A DNA stretch of 63,753 nucleotides from Candidatus Stercoripulliclostridium sp. (GCA_045535235.1 JAZSLG010000056.1:1-63753), one strand, 5' to 3'; counted from the first letter of the stretch, positions 10,445 to 19,608 are shown. The notes: a model not told the origin generated them from the sequence alone. Translations and numbers: made by a program.

Positions 10445-10777
10445 ATGGAAGAAATTAAACCTCAAGCAATATCAAGATATACGTCTATAGTTGCCTCAAT
10501 AGCCAACGAGGCAATTAAAAAAGTTCAAGGCATTTCCAAAGAAGACGGAGTTGTAAAGTACCGTCTGGGTTTAACAGGCTTAAAAAATACTAATTGCCAC
10601 GTTTATATCGATGACGATGGAAAGGTTAGTATAGATATGGTCGTTAACGTAAACTTTGGTTTAAGCATTCCCGAAGTAGTTTGCGAACTCCAAGAAACAA
10701 TTAAACAAGACGTAGAATCTGCCACCAAATTCACCGTAAAAAGAATTAACGTAAACGTTGCTAACGTAAACATCTAG
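10445..10777 (+). CDS. Asp23/Gls24 family envelope stress protein
   Basis: 110 aa with IASIANEAIKKVQGI... typical of the Asp23 family (DUF322). Usual position upstream of nusB in Firmicutes. Confidence 0.75.
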   Translation: MEEIKPQAISRYTSIVASIANEAIKKVQGISKEDGVVKYRLGLTGLKNTNCHVYIDDDGKVSIDMVVNVNFGLSIPEVVCELQETIKQDVESATKFTVKRINVNVANVNI

Positions 10778-10781
10778 AGCC

Positions 10782-11189
10782 ATGCACCAAAGAAAAAAAT
10801 CACGCGACAGCGTTCTTAAACTTATATATGAATACTTGTTTTCCGGTGAAATAAACGAGAAAACTTTACTAATAATGACCTCCGGCGAAATGCCAATGTC
10901 AGAAGTTGATTATATTACCACCGTTTATAAAGGTGTTATTAAAAATTGTGATGAATTAAAAGAAATAGTTGCAAAATTTGCTAGAGGCTACGAAGTTGAT
11001 AGAATATATAAACTCGACCTCGCGGCTTTAATGCTTGCTATTTATGAAATGAAATACATGAGCGAGATTCCTCTTGGAACTTCGATTGCAGAGGCAGTAG
11101 AACTTGTCAAAACCTATTCTGCAGAAAAAAGTTATGCTTTTGTAAATGGTATTTTAAGCTCTTATTATAAAGAACTTACCGCAAAATAA
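10782..11189 (+). CDS. nusB: Transcription antitermination factor NusB
   Basis: 135 aa with a NusB-like C-terminal half (AIYEMKYMSEIPLGTSIAEAVELVKTYS...FVNGIL). Synteny with xseA/xseB. Confidence 0.8.
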   Translation: MHQRKKSRDSVLKLIYEYLFSGEINEKTLLIMTSGEMPMSEVDYITTVYKGVIKNCDELKEIVAKFARGYEVDRIYKLDLAALMLAIYEMKYMSEIPLGTSIAEAVELVKTYSAEKSYAFVNGILSSYYKELTAK

Positions 11190-11191
11190 TA

Positions 11192-12376
11192 GTGGAAAGA
11201 AATTATATTACAGTTACTGAGCTGAATTATTATTTGAGTCGTATTATTGATGCAGAAGAGTTACTGCACAATATGTACGTCCTTGGTGAAGTTAGCGGTT
11301 GCTCAATTCATAAGGGCAACCTTTATTGTACTCTAAAAGACGAAAATGCACAAATTAGTATAGTATGCTTTGCCGTTGATAAAACCTACGTTCCCGAAAA
11401 CGGTGAACAGGTTTTAATGTTTGGAACTCCAACTTACTACCAAAAAACGGGAAAACTTTCTTTTATTGCAAGACGTATAGAGCCTTTTGGTAAAGGTAAA
11501 CTGCATTTAGAATTAGAATTACTTAAAAAACGTCTTCTCGAAGAAGGTATTTTTAACGACGCTCACAAAACACCACCGCCCGCTTATACAAAAAATCTTT
11601 GCGTTGTCACCAGTCTTGAAGGTGCTGTAATACAAGATATTTATTCCACCATTCGTCGCTACAATAACCTCATTAATATTTGTATTATTAACGTTTCCGT
11701 CCAAGGTAAGAGTGCGGAAAGCGAAATTATTAAAGGTTTGGAATTGGCCGATAGGGGTGGATTTGATACAGTTATCCTAGCCCGTGGCGGTGGCTCGTTT
11801 GAAGATTTAATGCCCTTTAATAGTGAAGGTGTAGTAAGAGCTATATATCGCATGGACACCTATATAATTAGCGCAGTTGGTCACGAAACCGACGTAACGC
11901 TTTCCGACCTAGTTGCCGATACTCGTGCTTTAACTCCAACTGCCGCTGCGGAAATGGTTGCTTTCGATACCAAGCAAATGATAAAAGATATTGTTTCTCA
12001 AGTTCAAATTGCCGGTAGAAAGTTGGAAAATAAAATTAAAACGAAACAACTTATTGCTACCGATTTAACGAGAAAAGCTACCTATCTAATAGGCAATAAA
12101 CTCTCAATGATGCAAAATAGGGTTAATGGTTCACTCGATAAATCCAAATTCTTAATTCAAAATTTAGTTTACGAAAAGGATAAACAAATTGAAGTACTAT
12201 TCAACAAATTAGATGCTCTTAATCCATTACGCATATTACAAACAGGTTATATGAAAATGGAAAAAGAGGGTTACGTCGTTAATTCGGCAAAAGAGCTAAA
12301 TATTGGTGACGTGGTTAACCTTTACGCAAACGATGGAAAAATCAAAGCAACTATAGATGAAATAGAAATTAATTAA
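11192..12376 (+). CDS. xseA: Exodeoxyribonuclease VII large subunit
   Basis: 394 aa with a GTG start, an N-terminal OB fold (VTELNYYL...VLGEVSG) and the catalytic region ARGGGSFEDLMPFN, SAVGHETD. Confidence 0.85.
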   Translation: MERNYITVTELNYYLSRIIDAEELLHNMYVLGEVSGCSIHKGNLYCTLKDENAQISIVCFAVDKTYVPENGEQVLMFGTPTYYQKTGKLSFIARRIEPFGKGKLHLELELLKKRLLEEGIFNDAHKTPPPAYTKNLCVVTSLEGAVIQDIYSTIRRYNNLINICIINVSVQGKSAESEIIKGLELADRGGFDTVILARGGGSFEDLMPFNSEGVVRAIYRMDTYIISAVGHETDVTLSDLVADTRALTPTAAAEMVAFDTKQMIKDIVSQVQIAGRKLENKIKTKQLIATDLTRKATYLIGNKLSMMQNRVNGSLDKSKFLIQNLVYEKDKQIEVLFNKLDALNPLRILQTGYMKMEKEGYVVNSAKELNIGDVVNLYANDGKIKATIDEIEIN

Positions 12377-12389
12377 AGAGGTATAATTT

Positions 12390-12602
12390 ATGGGTTTTGA
12401 AAAAGACATTGAAAACCTAGAGCGTATCGTTAGTAAATTAGAACAAGAAAGCCTTACTATAGACGAAGGATTAACGCTATACGCCGAAGCAATTAAATTA
12501 GGCAAAAAATTGGTAGAAGAAATTAAAGAAAGTAAAGGTAAACTTGAACTTCTTAACCAAGACCTTTCTCGCATTAACCTTGAAGATTGCGAGGTAGAAT
12601 AA
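12390..12602 (+). CDS. xseB: Exodeoxyribonuclease VII small subunit
   Basis: 70 aa with FEKDIENLERIVSKLE...LTIDEGLTLYAEAIKL, typical of XseB. Confidence 0.8.
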   Translation: MGFEKDIENLERIVSKLEQESLTIDEGLTLYAEAIKLGKKLVEEIKESKGKLELLNQDLSRINLEDCEVE

Positions 12603-12632
12603 TTGGCATAATATGCATTAAATGCTAATTAG

Positions 12633-12661
12633 TTGCATATTTTTAGAATATATGCTATAAT
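12633..12661 (+). promoter_or_regulatory. Sigma-A type promoter driving the large ncRNA
   Basis: TTGCAT (12633-12638), a 17-nt spacer, then TATAAT (12656-12661). Predicted start is near 12668. Confidence 0.55.
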
Positions 12662-12667
12662 GAAAGC

Positions 12668-13259
12668 AACTTAATATGGTGGTGCAGTATTCTAGTCAGG
12701 TGCGATATAATTGAGGGCGGGGTTAAAATACCGTCAAAGAGCATATCGATGAAGTTTCTTGTGTTTGCTTGAGTTGCCCAAACTTGGGTGGATGCTGGGA
12801 GTTAAGGTTTCAGGGCGTCTGATAACGGCATATCGGAGCCGACCCTGTCACCATGGAGACCTATATCGGTGAAGGTAACGCCATAGGCAATCCTTTACTG
12901 AATAGGGTTAAACCTGCAATGCGGTAATAAATAACTGTGTGCAGTGTAGCTTGCCTTGAGTGGATACGCGAGAATTAGGGTGTCGGACCTTTTAGAGTAC
13001 GCGAACTCTTTGGGTCTTTGCCTATGAAACCGTATCTGCAAAAGAGGATAGGTTGTATCAAATCTGTTAAAGAAATTTTCTAGACTGTTTTAAGCCGAGG
13101 ATTATAGTGTGTACTAAGTGGCGATTCGGTTACGTAATGAGTAATCTTACGATGCGGGGTTTAAAAGGAAACTGCCCAGTCGGCGACGATGGGTAACCCG
13201 TAGGGAAATCCTACCGAACCTGATGGCGCAAGGTTTACTTGGTTTATTACCACCATTTT
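12668..13259 (+). ncRNA. ole: Large structured non-coding RNA, best explained as OLE (ornate, large, extremophilic) RNA
   Basis: The 700-nt gap has no ORF of 60 aa or more in any frame. G+C is locally 32/60 in lines 12781-12840 and 13141-13200, versus 21/60 in xseB line 12421-12480. A closing helix pairs ATGGTGGT (12676-12683) with ACCACCAT (13249-13256). Several local hairpins are present. Synteny xseB-[RNA]-4TM protein-tlyA-nadK-argR-recN matches the described OLE/oapA neighbourhood. The class call was not verified with a covariance model. Confidence 0.65.
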
Positions 13260-13299
13260 AAGCGCAACTTTATGGTTGCGCTATATTATTAATTAGACT

Positions 13300-13947
13300 A
13301 TGAAACACGAAAATAACGAAATCAATTCCCATATTTTGACTGAAAACTCGGAAAACCTTTCCGAGGAAAGTTGTAAAATAAAAAAAGACAAAGATAAAAA
13401 AACGGAATCTAAAAAGAAAATATCCGGCACTACTCTTTGGACTATTAAAATCACTGTTGTTACTTTGGTTTTAGGACTATTTTTCTCCTTTATCAGCGAG
13501 CTGACCTCGTCTTACGCTCACGTTAGCATTACAATATTGTTACTTTTCTTGCTTATAGCAATTAGTATCATTTGCGACGCAATTGGTATTGCAGCTACTT
13601 CGTGCGACTTAGCACCGCTGTTATCCATGGCTTCAAGGAAGGTCCCAGGTAGTAAGAAAGCCATAGCTCTCGTTAAAAACGCCGAAAAAGTTTCTAATAT
13701 ATGTTGTGACGTAATCGGTGATATTTGCGGTATTATAAGCGGTGCTTGTACCGTTGCCATCGTCGCAAAACTTGTAGTTGATAATTCTACCTTAAATTAT
13801 TGGATGAGTATCGTAGTTTCAAGTTTGGTGGGAGCAATTACAGTTGGCGGAAAGTCTTTCTTCAAAACAATTGCCATGAAAAATAGTAAGGAAATTTTGC
13901 TATTAGTTTCTCGAGTTCTATCAGTATTCAGTAAAAAAGAAAAATAA
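13300..13947 (+). CDS. oapA: Four-TM membrane protein, candidate OLE-associated protein A
   Basis: 215 aa with a Lys-rich hydrophilic N-terminus followed by four predicted TM helices. Two of the helices carry similar motifs, IICDAIGIAATSCD and ICCDVIGDICGII. It lies immediately downstream of the large RNA, as OapA does. Confidence 0.55.
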   Translation: MKHENNEINSHILTENSENLSEESCKIKKDKDKKTESKKKISGTTLWTIKITVVTLVLGLFFSFISELTSSYAHVSITILLLFLLIAISIICDAIGIAATSCDLAPLLSMASRKVPGSKKAIALVKNAEKVSNICCDVIGDICGIISGACTVAIVAKLVVDNSTLNYWMSIVVSSLVGAITVGGKSFFKTIAMKNSKEILLLVSRVLSVFSKKEK

Positions 13948-14666
13948 TGCGTATTGATTTATACCTTTCTGAAAATGGTTTAACTAAATCCCGCACACAC
14001 GCTCAAAACCTTATCAAACTTGGTAAGGTGATGGTTGACGGCACGATAATTTCCAAACCCTCGCTTGAAGTTACGGGCAATGAAAATATAATAGTGGACG
14101 ATAGGAACGATTACGCCTCTCTAGGTGGCCTTAAGCTTCAAAAGGCCATTAATCACTATAAAGTTGACGTTAATAATAAAATATGTATTGATATAGGTGC
14201 TTCAAACGGTGGATTTACCGACGTTCTTTTGCGAGCAGGTGCCAGTAAAGTTTATGCGGTAGATATTGGGGAGTGCGCACTTCCAATAGAAATGGTTGAG
14301 GATGATAGGGTAGTCGTAAAAGATAAAATTAATGCCAGATACATTTCTTTTGAAGACATTGGTATTAAAGCCGATATTATAACCGTTGACGTTTCTTTTA
14401 TATCATTAACTATGATACTGCCTGCTTTAACTCAGTTTTTGAAAGACGACTCCGTGATTATTGCATTAATTAAGCCCCAATTTGAGGTGGGAAAATCTAT
14501 GCTAACCAAAACGGGTATAGTAAAAAATCAAAAGGCAACTGAACACGCTATTAAGAAAATCACCGATTTTTCTCTTGGTTTAGGGCTGCGTTATAATCCT
14601 ATAATTGAAGCTCCTCATCCTTTTGAAAACAAAAACAAAGAATATCTTGTTCTTTTGCATAAATAA
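13947..14666 (+). CDS. tlyA: TlyA family rRNA 2'-O-methyltransferase (hemolysin A-like)
   Basis: 239 aa with an S4 domain (MRIDLYLSENGLTKSRTHAQNLIKLGKVMVDG) and a SAM-binding motif (CIDIGASNGGFTDVLL). Confidence 0.8.
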   Translation: MRIDLYLSENGLTKSRTHAQNLIKLGKVMVDGTIISKPSLEVTGNENIIVDDRNDYASLGGLKLQKAINHYKVDVNNKICIDIGASNGGFTDVLLRAGASKVYAVDIGECALPIEMVEDDRVVVKDKINARYISFEDIGIKADIITVDVSFISLTMILPALTQFLKDDSVIIALIKPQFEVGKSMLTKTGIVKNQKATEHAIKKITDFSLGLGLRYNPIIEAPHPFENKNKEYLVLLHK

Positions 14667-14752
14667 TCTTATTTTTTGCAACGATTTATTTGTATTTTTA
14701 TATTTTATAAAAATCTCTTGTATAAAAATTGCATTTGGTGTATGATAGTCGT

Positions 14753-15613
14753 ATGAAAATAGGACTTTATTCAAATTTAACGAGGGACATTGGCGCCCGC
14801 TACACCAAGGTTGTTTATAACATTCTTTTAGAAAAGAAAGTGACCGTACTTTTTTCTAACGACCTAATTGGAATAGACTTTGGCTCAGATAATGGCGTTA
14901 ATTATTACGACAACTATAATCTCGCAAAAGAGAGCGACGTCGTTATTGTCTTGGGCGGAGATGGTACCATTTTGGGTATCGCAAAAGAATGTGCCACCTT
15001 TAATACGCCCATTTTTGCGGTTAATCTTGGACACAAAGGCTTTTTGAGCGAGGGAAATAAAGAAGACCTTGTACGTGACTTTAACGACCTATTTAGTGGA
15101 AACTACATACTGGACAAACGTAAATTATTAAAAGCAACGATAGTAGGCTCTTCTACAGAATATTTTGCTCTTAACGATATTGTTGTAGCGCAATCCCTTT
15201 CTCGTATTATAAAAGCGGAAATTACGGTTAATGGTACCTTAGTTGACAAATATACTTCGGACGGTATTATTGTAGCAACTCCAACCGGGTCTACAGCATA
15301 TAGCCTCTCAGCGGGCGGACCTATAGTCGCGCCGGACGTTTCATGCTTTATAATTTCACCTATATGCGCCCATAGTTTACATTCACGTCCACTTATAGTA
15401 TCAAGTTCTAGTACCGTTACGGTTAAGATTTTGTCTGCGGAACCTTCCGCAAACGTTAACGTTGACGGTCAAATTGTTAATCTTATTACAAATGGCAACG
15501 AAGTTAAAATAACCGACTCCGAACTTTCGGTTTCATTCATTCGTCGTCCTAGTTTTAATTTCTACGAAAAATTATTAGAAAAAATGCGCTACTGGAGCTC
15601 TATCGAGGTATAA
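14753..15613 (+). CDS. nadK: NAD kinase
   Basis: GGDGT motif (VIVLGGDGTILG), NLGHKGFL and ATPTGSTAYSLSAGGP. The track ORF opens at TTG 14729; ATG 14753 (MKIGLY...) is the more likely start. Confidence 0.85.
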   Translation: MKIGLYSNLTRDIGARYTKVVYNILLEKKVTVLFSNDLIGIDFGSDNGVNYYDNYNLAKESDVVIVLGGDGTILGIAKECATFNTPIFAVNLGHKGFLSEGNKEDLVRDFNDLFSGNYILDKRKLLKATIVGSSTEYFALNDIVVAQSLSRIIKAEITVNGTLVDKYTSDGIIVATPTGSTAYSLSAGGPIVAPDVSCFIISPICAHSLHSRPLIVSSSSTVTVKILSAEPSANVNVDGQIVNLITNGNEVKITDSELSVSFIRRPSFNFYEKLLEKMRYWSSIEV

Positions 15614-15614
15614 A

Positions 15615-16058
15615 ATGGCTAGACAAGAAAGACAAAACAGATTATTAAAGTTAATTGAAGAAAGAGATATTGAAACCCAACAAGAATTAACCGATATTCT
15701 TTTGAGCGAAGGCTTTAAGGTTACACAAGCAACCGTTTCTCGCGATATACAAGAACTTGGACTTATTAAGACTTCGGCGGTTGGACAAAAATCAAGATAC
15801 GTTAAGCCTCTTGACCCAAGACTCCAACGTTTACGCATGTTATTCCACCAATCCGTTCTTTCGATTGACTATACCGAAAATTTTATAGTCATAAAAACGC
15901 TTGGAGGCTCGGCAAATAGTGCAGCAATGCTATTGGACCATTTAGATAATCCCGAAATTATGGGAACTATTGCAGGTGACGATACCATTTTTATGCTTGT
16001 TAAAACCAAAGATGAGGTCGTTAAAATCGTTAAACAACTGAATGATTTCCTAAATTAG
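15615..16058 (+). CDS. argR: Arginine repressor ArgR/AhrC
   Basis: 147 aa with an N-terminal wHTH (RQNRLLKLIEERDIETQQELTDILLSEGFKVTQATVSRDIQELGL) and a C-terminal GTIAGDDTIF motif. Confidence 0.85.
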   Translation: MARQERQNRLLKLIEERDIETQQELTDILLSEGFKVTQATVSRDIQELGLIKTSAVGQKSRYVKPLDPRLQRLRMLFHQSVLSIDYTENFIVIKTLGGSANSAAMLLDHLDNPEIMGTIAGDDTIFMLVKTKDEVVKIVKQLNDFLN

Positions 16059-16064
16059 TATAGT

Positions 16065-17768
16065 ATGATTACTTCGTTATACATAAAAAACATAGCTTTA
16101 ATACGTGAGCATACCCTAGAATTTTCCGAAGGGCTAAACGTTTTGAGTGGTGAAACGGGTGCAGGTAAATCCATTATCATTGACTCTCTTAATTTCGTGC
16201 TAGGAGATCGTGCGGATAAGTCATTAATAAGGCACGGTCAGTCAAGTGCAACGGTAGAAGCCGTTTTTAACGACAACAATAATGCTAACGTAATTAACGT
16301 TCTAGCAGAATTTGGCATTGAAAGAGATGAAACTCTTATCGTAAAACGCACAATGACGGAAAATGGTAGAAGTGATTGTCGTATTAACGGAAGAGCCGTT
16401 ACGCTTGCTCAATTGCGAAAACTCGTTGCTCATTTGGTTGATATTCATTCTCAACACGAAAATCAAGCACTCCTAAATGAAGCAAACCATATTCTTATTT
16501 TAGACAAATACGGTAAATCGCTAGGGGAATTAAAGGAAAAATTTAATCTTCATTATAACGCATATCTTAAAGCTAAAGCAGACATCAACGCTTTTGAAGA
16601 CGAAAGTTCCAGAGCAAGAAAAATTGATAACTTAGAATATCAAATAGCCGAAATAGAACGCATAAATCCCCAAATCGGAGAAGAAGAAGGTTTAATTACT
16701 CAAAGAAACAAATTCCAAAACTCAGAGAGAATAGCAAACGCACTCACGGCCTCTTATAGCGCTCTAGACGGCGAAGAATCGTTTGGGTCGATTAATCTTA
16801 CACAAATTGCAATTCGTGAGATTAACGCCGTTTTACGCTTTGATAACAAGTTTGAAGCTCTTAGCGAACGTCTAGAATCGGTAAAAATAGAACTTAGAGA
16901 TATTGCCGATGAATTAAGTAGTGAAATTGAAGGTCTGGCATACGACCCGCGGGAGCTTGAAAAAATTGAAGAACGTATCGCCGAAATCAGAAAAATTAAA
17001 AAACGCTACGGCCCGATCGAAGAATTGGCAGAGTTTTTAGAAAAAAATTACTCTGAACTTGAAAAACTGAAAAACGCCGAACAAAAAATTGCCGAGCTAG
17101 AAAACATTATGCAAAATGAAGGAAATTTAGCAATAAATTTCGCAATCAAACTGCACGAAGAACGTGAAAGGGTAGCTAAAAAATTTAACGAAGCTATAAT
17201 TAAAAATTTAAAAGAGCTTGGTATGAAAAATACTACCTTTGAAGCTGAAATTGCCTTCCCGCAAGATGAAAACTCCATTTTAACCAATGCAAATGAAAAC
17301 GGTGCTGACACGATAAGATTTTTAATTTCGCCAAACCTTGGAGAACCCTTAAAACCCTTATCCAAAATTGCTTCCGGTGGTGAAATGAGTAGATTTATGC
17401 TTGGATTAAAAAATATCACCGCAGAGCTTGAAGAAATCGACACTTTAGTTTTTGATGAAATTGATACTGGGATTAGTGGCTTAATAGCAAAAGTAGTTGC
17501 TCAAAAACTTAGCGACGTTTCAAAAAATAGACAAGTCCTTGCCGTAACTCACTTACCTCAACTAGCCTCCATGGCGGACCACCATTACTTGATTACTAAG
17601 TATGAAAAAGAAGGGCAAACTATTACAGAAGTACGTTTACTTGACGAATTTGGTTCGGTAAAAGAAGTGATGAGACTAGCTGGTAGCGACTCCAATAGTA
17701 TAGTAGGTGAACAAAATGCCATTGAACTTAAAAATTGGGCAAAAAGCTATAAAAATTCAAAAAAATAA
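16065..17768 (+). CDS. recN: DNA repair protein RecN
   Basis: 567 aa with Walker A GETGAGKSIIIDSL, a coiled-coil centre, the signature SGGEMSRFMLGL and Walker B LVFDEIDTGISG. Confidence 0.9.
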   Translation: MITSLYIKNIALIREHTLEFSEGLNVLSGETGAGKSIIIDSLNFVLGDRADKSLIRHGQSSATVEAVFNDNNNANVINVLAEFGIERDETLIVKRTMTENGRSDCRINGRAVTLAQLRKLVAHLVDIHSQHENQALLNEANHILILDKYGKSLGELKEKFNLHYNAYLKAKADINAFEDESSRARKIDNLEYQIAEIERINPQIGEEEGLITQRNKFQNSERIANALTASYSALDGEESFGSINLTQIAIREINAVLRFDNKFEALSERLESVKIELRDIADELSSEIEGLAYDPRELEKIEERIAEIRKIKKRYGPIEELAEFLEKNYSELEKLKNAEQKIAELENIMQNEGNLAINFAIKLHEERERVAKKFNEAIIKNLKELGMKNTTFEAEIAFPQDENSILTNANENGADTIRFLISPNLGEPLKPLSKIASGGEMSRFMLGLKNITAELEEIDTLVFDEIDTGISGLIAKVVAQKLSDVSKNRQVLAVTHLPQLASMADHHYLITKYEKEGQTITEVRLLDEFGSVKEVMRLAGSDSNSIVGEQNAIELKNWAKSYKNSKK

Positions 17769-17823
17769 CATTTTTTAGCATTAGAGTATTATAATAATTG
17801 ACATAATTTAGAATAGTTAAATC

Positions 17824-17852
17824 GTATAAATACCTTCCGTTGACACAAAATA
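17824..17852 (+). promoter_or_regulatory. Candidate forespore (sigma-F/G type) promoter for spoIVB
   Basis: GTATA-17 nt-CAAAATA resembles the sigma-G/F consensus (GhATr-N17/18-CAtxhTA). The match is weak, by eye only. Confidence 0.3.
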
Positions 17853-17868
17853 ATCGGGAGGTATTCGT

Positions 17869-18903
17869 ATGTTAAAGCATAATAAAGTAAATTTTCTTAC
17901 CGCTTTTTCTTTGGTGATTTTACTACTTATTTTATCACTTAGTATTTCCATTAGCTACGTTTCAAACGGAATTGCTTTTGCGGGAAATGATGAAGTTTAT
18001 TTAGGAGGTCAACCCATTGGCTTGAATATTCTTAGCGACGGTTTAATTATTATAGATTATAAGCCAATCATTACTGCTAGCGGTGCCGTTTGTCCCGCTA
18101 AAGATAGTGGATTAATGATAGGAGATATGATTATTAGTATAAATTCTACCAATATCAAAACGCCAAGTGATTTGCAAAAAGCAACAAATACTAACGATAA
18201 AAACTTTAATTTGACAGTAATTAGAGAGAATAAAAAGTTAAATTTTGTAATCTCTTCCGTTTTTGACCCACTTGCCGGGGCAAAAAAGCTTGGTTTAATA
18301 GTTAAAAACGATATTTCCGGCATAGGAACAATAACTTACGTCGATAATAATGGTAACTACTGCTCTTTAGGGCATAAGATTTGTGACCCCAAGCTTAATA
18401 ATTCCACCCTTTATCAAAATGGAAAATTATATTCGGCAAAAATACTGGGAGTATATAAAGGCAATAAAGACGAAGCAGGAGCATTAAAAGGTACTTTTGA
18501 TAAAAATTCCAAAGAAATAGGCATAACTACGCGTAATTGCGAATACGGCGTATATGGTAAAATTAACGATAAGAAATTTATAAGTAATACAACAAAGGTT
18601 AAATTGGGTTCAAAAAACGACGTTAAACCGGGTAAAGCCTATATTTATACAACAATAGAAGGCTCAACCCCGCAAAAATATGAAATAGAAATAATTAAAA
18701 ACTATTCACAAAATAGTCCTCAAATTAAAAGTATGGTAATCCGCGTAATCGATAAGCGACTTTTGGATACATGTGGAGGTATTGTGCAAGGAATGAGTGG
18801 TTCACCCATTATTCAAAACGATAAATTAGTCGGTGCAGTCACCCACGTATTTCTAAATGATGCTTCTATTGGATACGGGGTATATATAGATTGGCTCTTT
18901 TAG
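17869..18903 (+). CDS. spoIVB: SpoIVB signalling serine peptidase (S55) with PDZ domain
   Basis: 344 aa with a signal anchor, a PDZ-like segment (GLMIGDMIISINSTNI) and the catalytic Ser context GIVQGMSGSPII. Located after recN, as in Bacillus and Clostridium. Confidence 0.8.
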   Translation: MLKHNKVNFLTAFSLVILLLILSLSISISYVSNGIAFAGNDEVYLGGQPIGLNILSDGLIIIDYKPIITASGAVCPAKDSGLMIGDMIISINSTNIKTPSDLQKATNTNDKNFNLTVIRENKKLNFVISSVFDPLAGAKKLGLIVKNDISGIGTITYVDNNGNYCSLGHKICDPKLNNSTLYQNGKLYSAKILGVYKGNKDEAGALKGTFDKNSKEIGITTRNCEYGVYGKINDKKFISNTTKVKLGSKNDVKPGKAYIYTTIEGSTPQKYEIEIIKNYSQNSPQIKSMVIRVIDKRLLDTCGGIVQGMSGSPIIQNDKLVGAVTHVFLNDASIGYGVYIDWLF

Positions 18904-18937
18904 AGCATAAAATCAAGCTTTTTGAGTATATTTTATT

Positions 18938-19549
18938 ATGCTCAAAAAACTTGGTTTTTACATAAAAGAAAACGTTTTTTCACTAAAAAAGTGTCTTTTG
19001 GACAATAAAATTCATCTTTATATATGTCTTGGAGCTTTTGCTATTGGATTTTTATTAGCACTCAGCAAAAACTATGCCGACGTAACTTCTACTAATAACT
19101 TTGTTTACGTAGTTTTTAACGGAAATGGCTCTCCCATTCCTCAAATAATTAGACTTTTAATTTGGTGCTTGGTTATCTATGCCGTATGGTTCGTTACCGC
19201 GATTCATTTTTTATCTTTCGTAATAGTAGGCTATGGTAGTATCTTGCTTATTTCGTATATTGTTTTTGCAAACGCGTTTCAAGGCATTTGCGTTCACGTT
19301 TTGACAGGTTTGATTTATACAATCATCTACCTTTTACCAACAGTAATAATAGGTTTACTCGGCTTTATTTGCGCTCTTAAAGATATTTATTACATATTGA
19401 ACTACGACTGCAATAGAAAGAGTATTATTAACCTAGCTTTTCATCAAAAAAGTATAAGAAAAGCTATTACTCCCATTTGGATTTTGACTTCGTTATTGAT
19501 ATTTGCTTATTGGCTTATTTTTTACTTAATTTTAATAATTTTGGTGTAA
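18938..19549 (+). CDS. Polytopic membrane protein of unknown function (possibly SpoIIM-like)
   Basis: 203 aa with about 5 predicted TM helices. The N-terminal YIKEN...LYICLGAFAIGFLLA is loosely reminiscent of SpoIIM. No strong motif. Confidence 0.45.
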   Translation: MLKKLGFYIKENVFSLKKCLLDNKIHLYICLGAFAIGFLLALSKNYADVTSTNNFVYVVFNGNGSPIPQIIRLLIWCLVIYAVWFVTAIHFLSFVIVGYGSILLISYIVFANAFQGICVHVLTGLIYTIIYLLPTVIIGLLGFICALKDIYYILNYDCNRKSIINLAFHQKSIRKAITPIWILTSLLIFAYWLIFYLILIILV

Positions 19550-19608
19550 TTTTCTAAGTTTTAGCATAAAAATAGATACTCTCGACATACTAAGCCGAGA
19601 GGTTGAAT

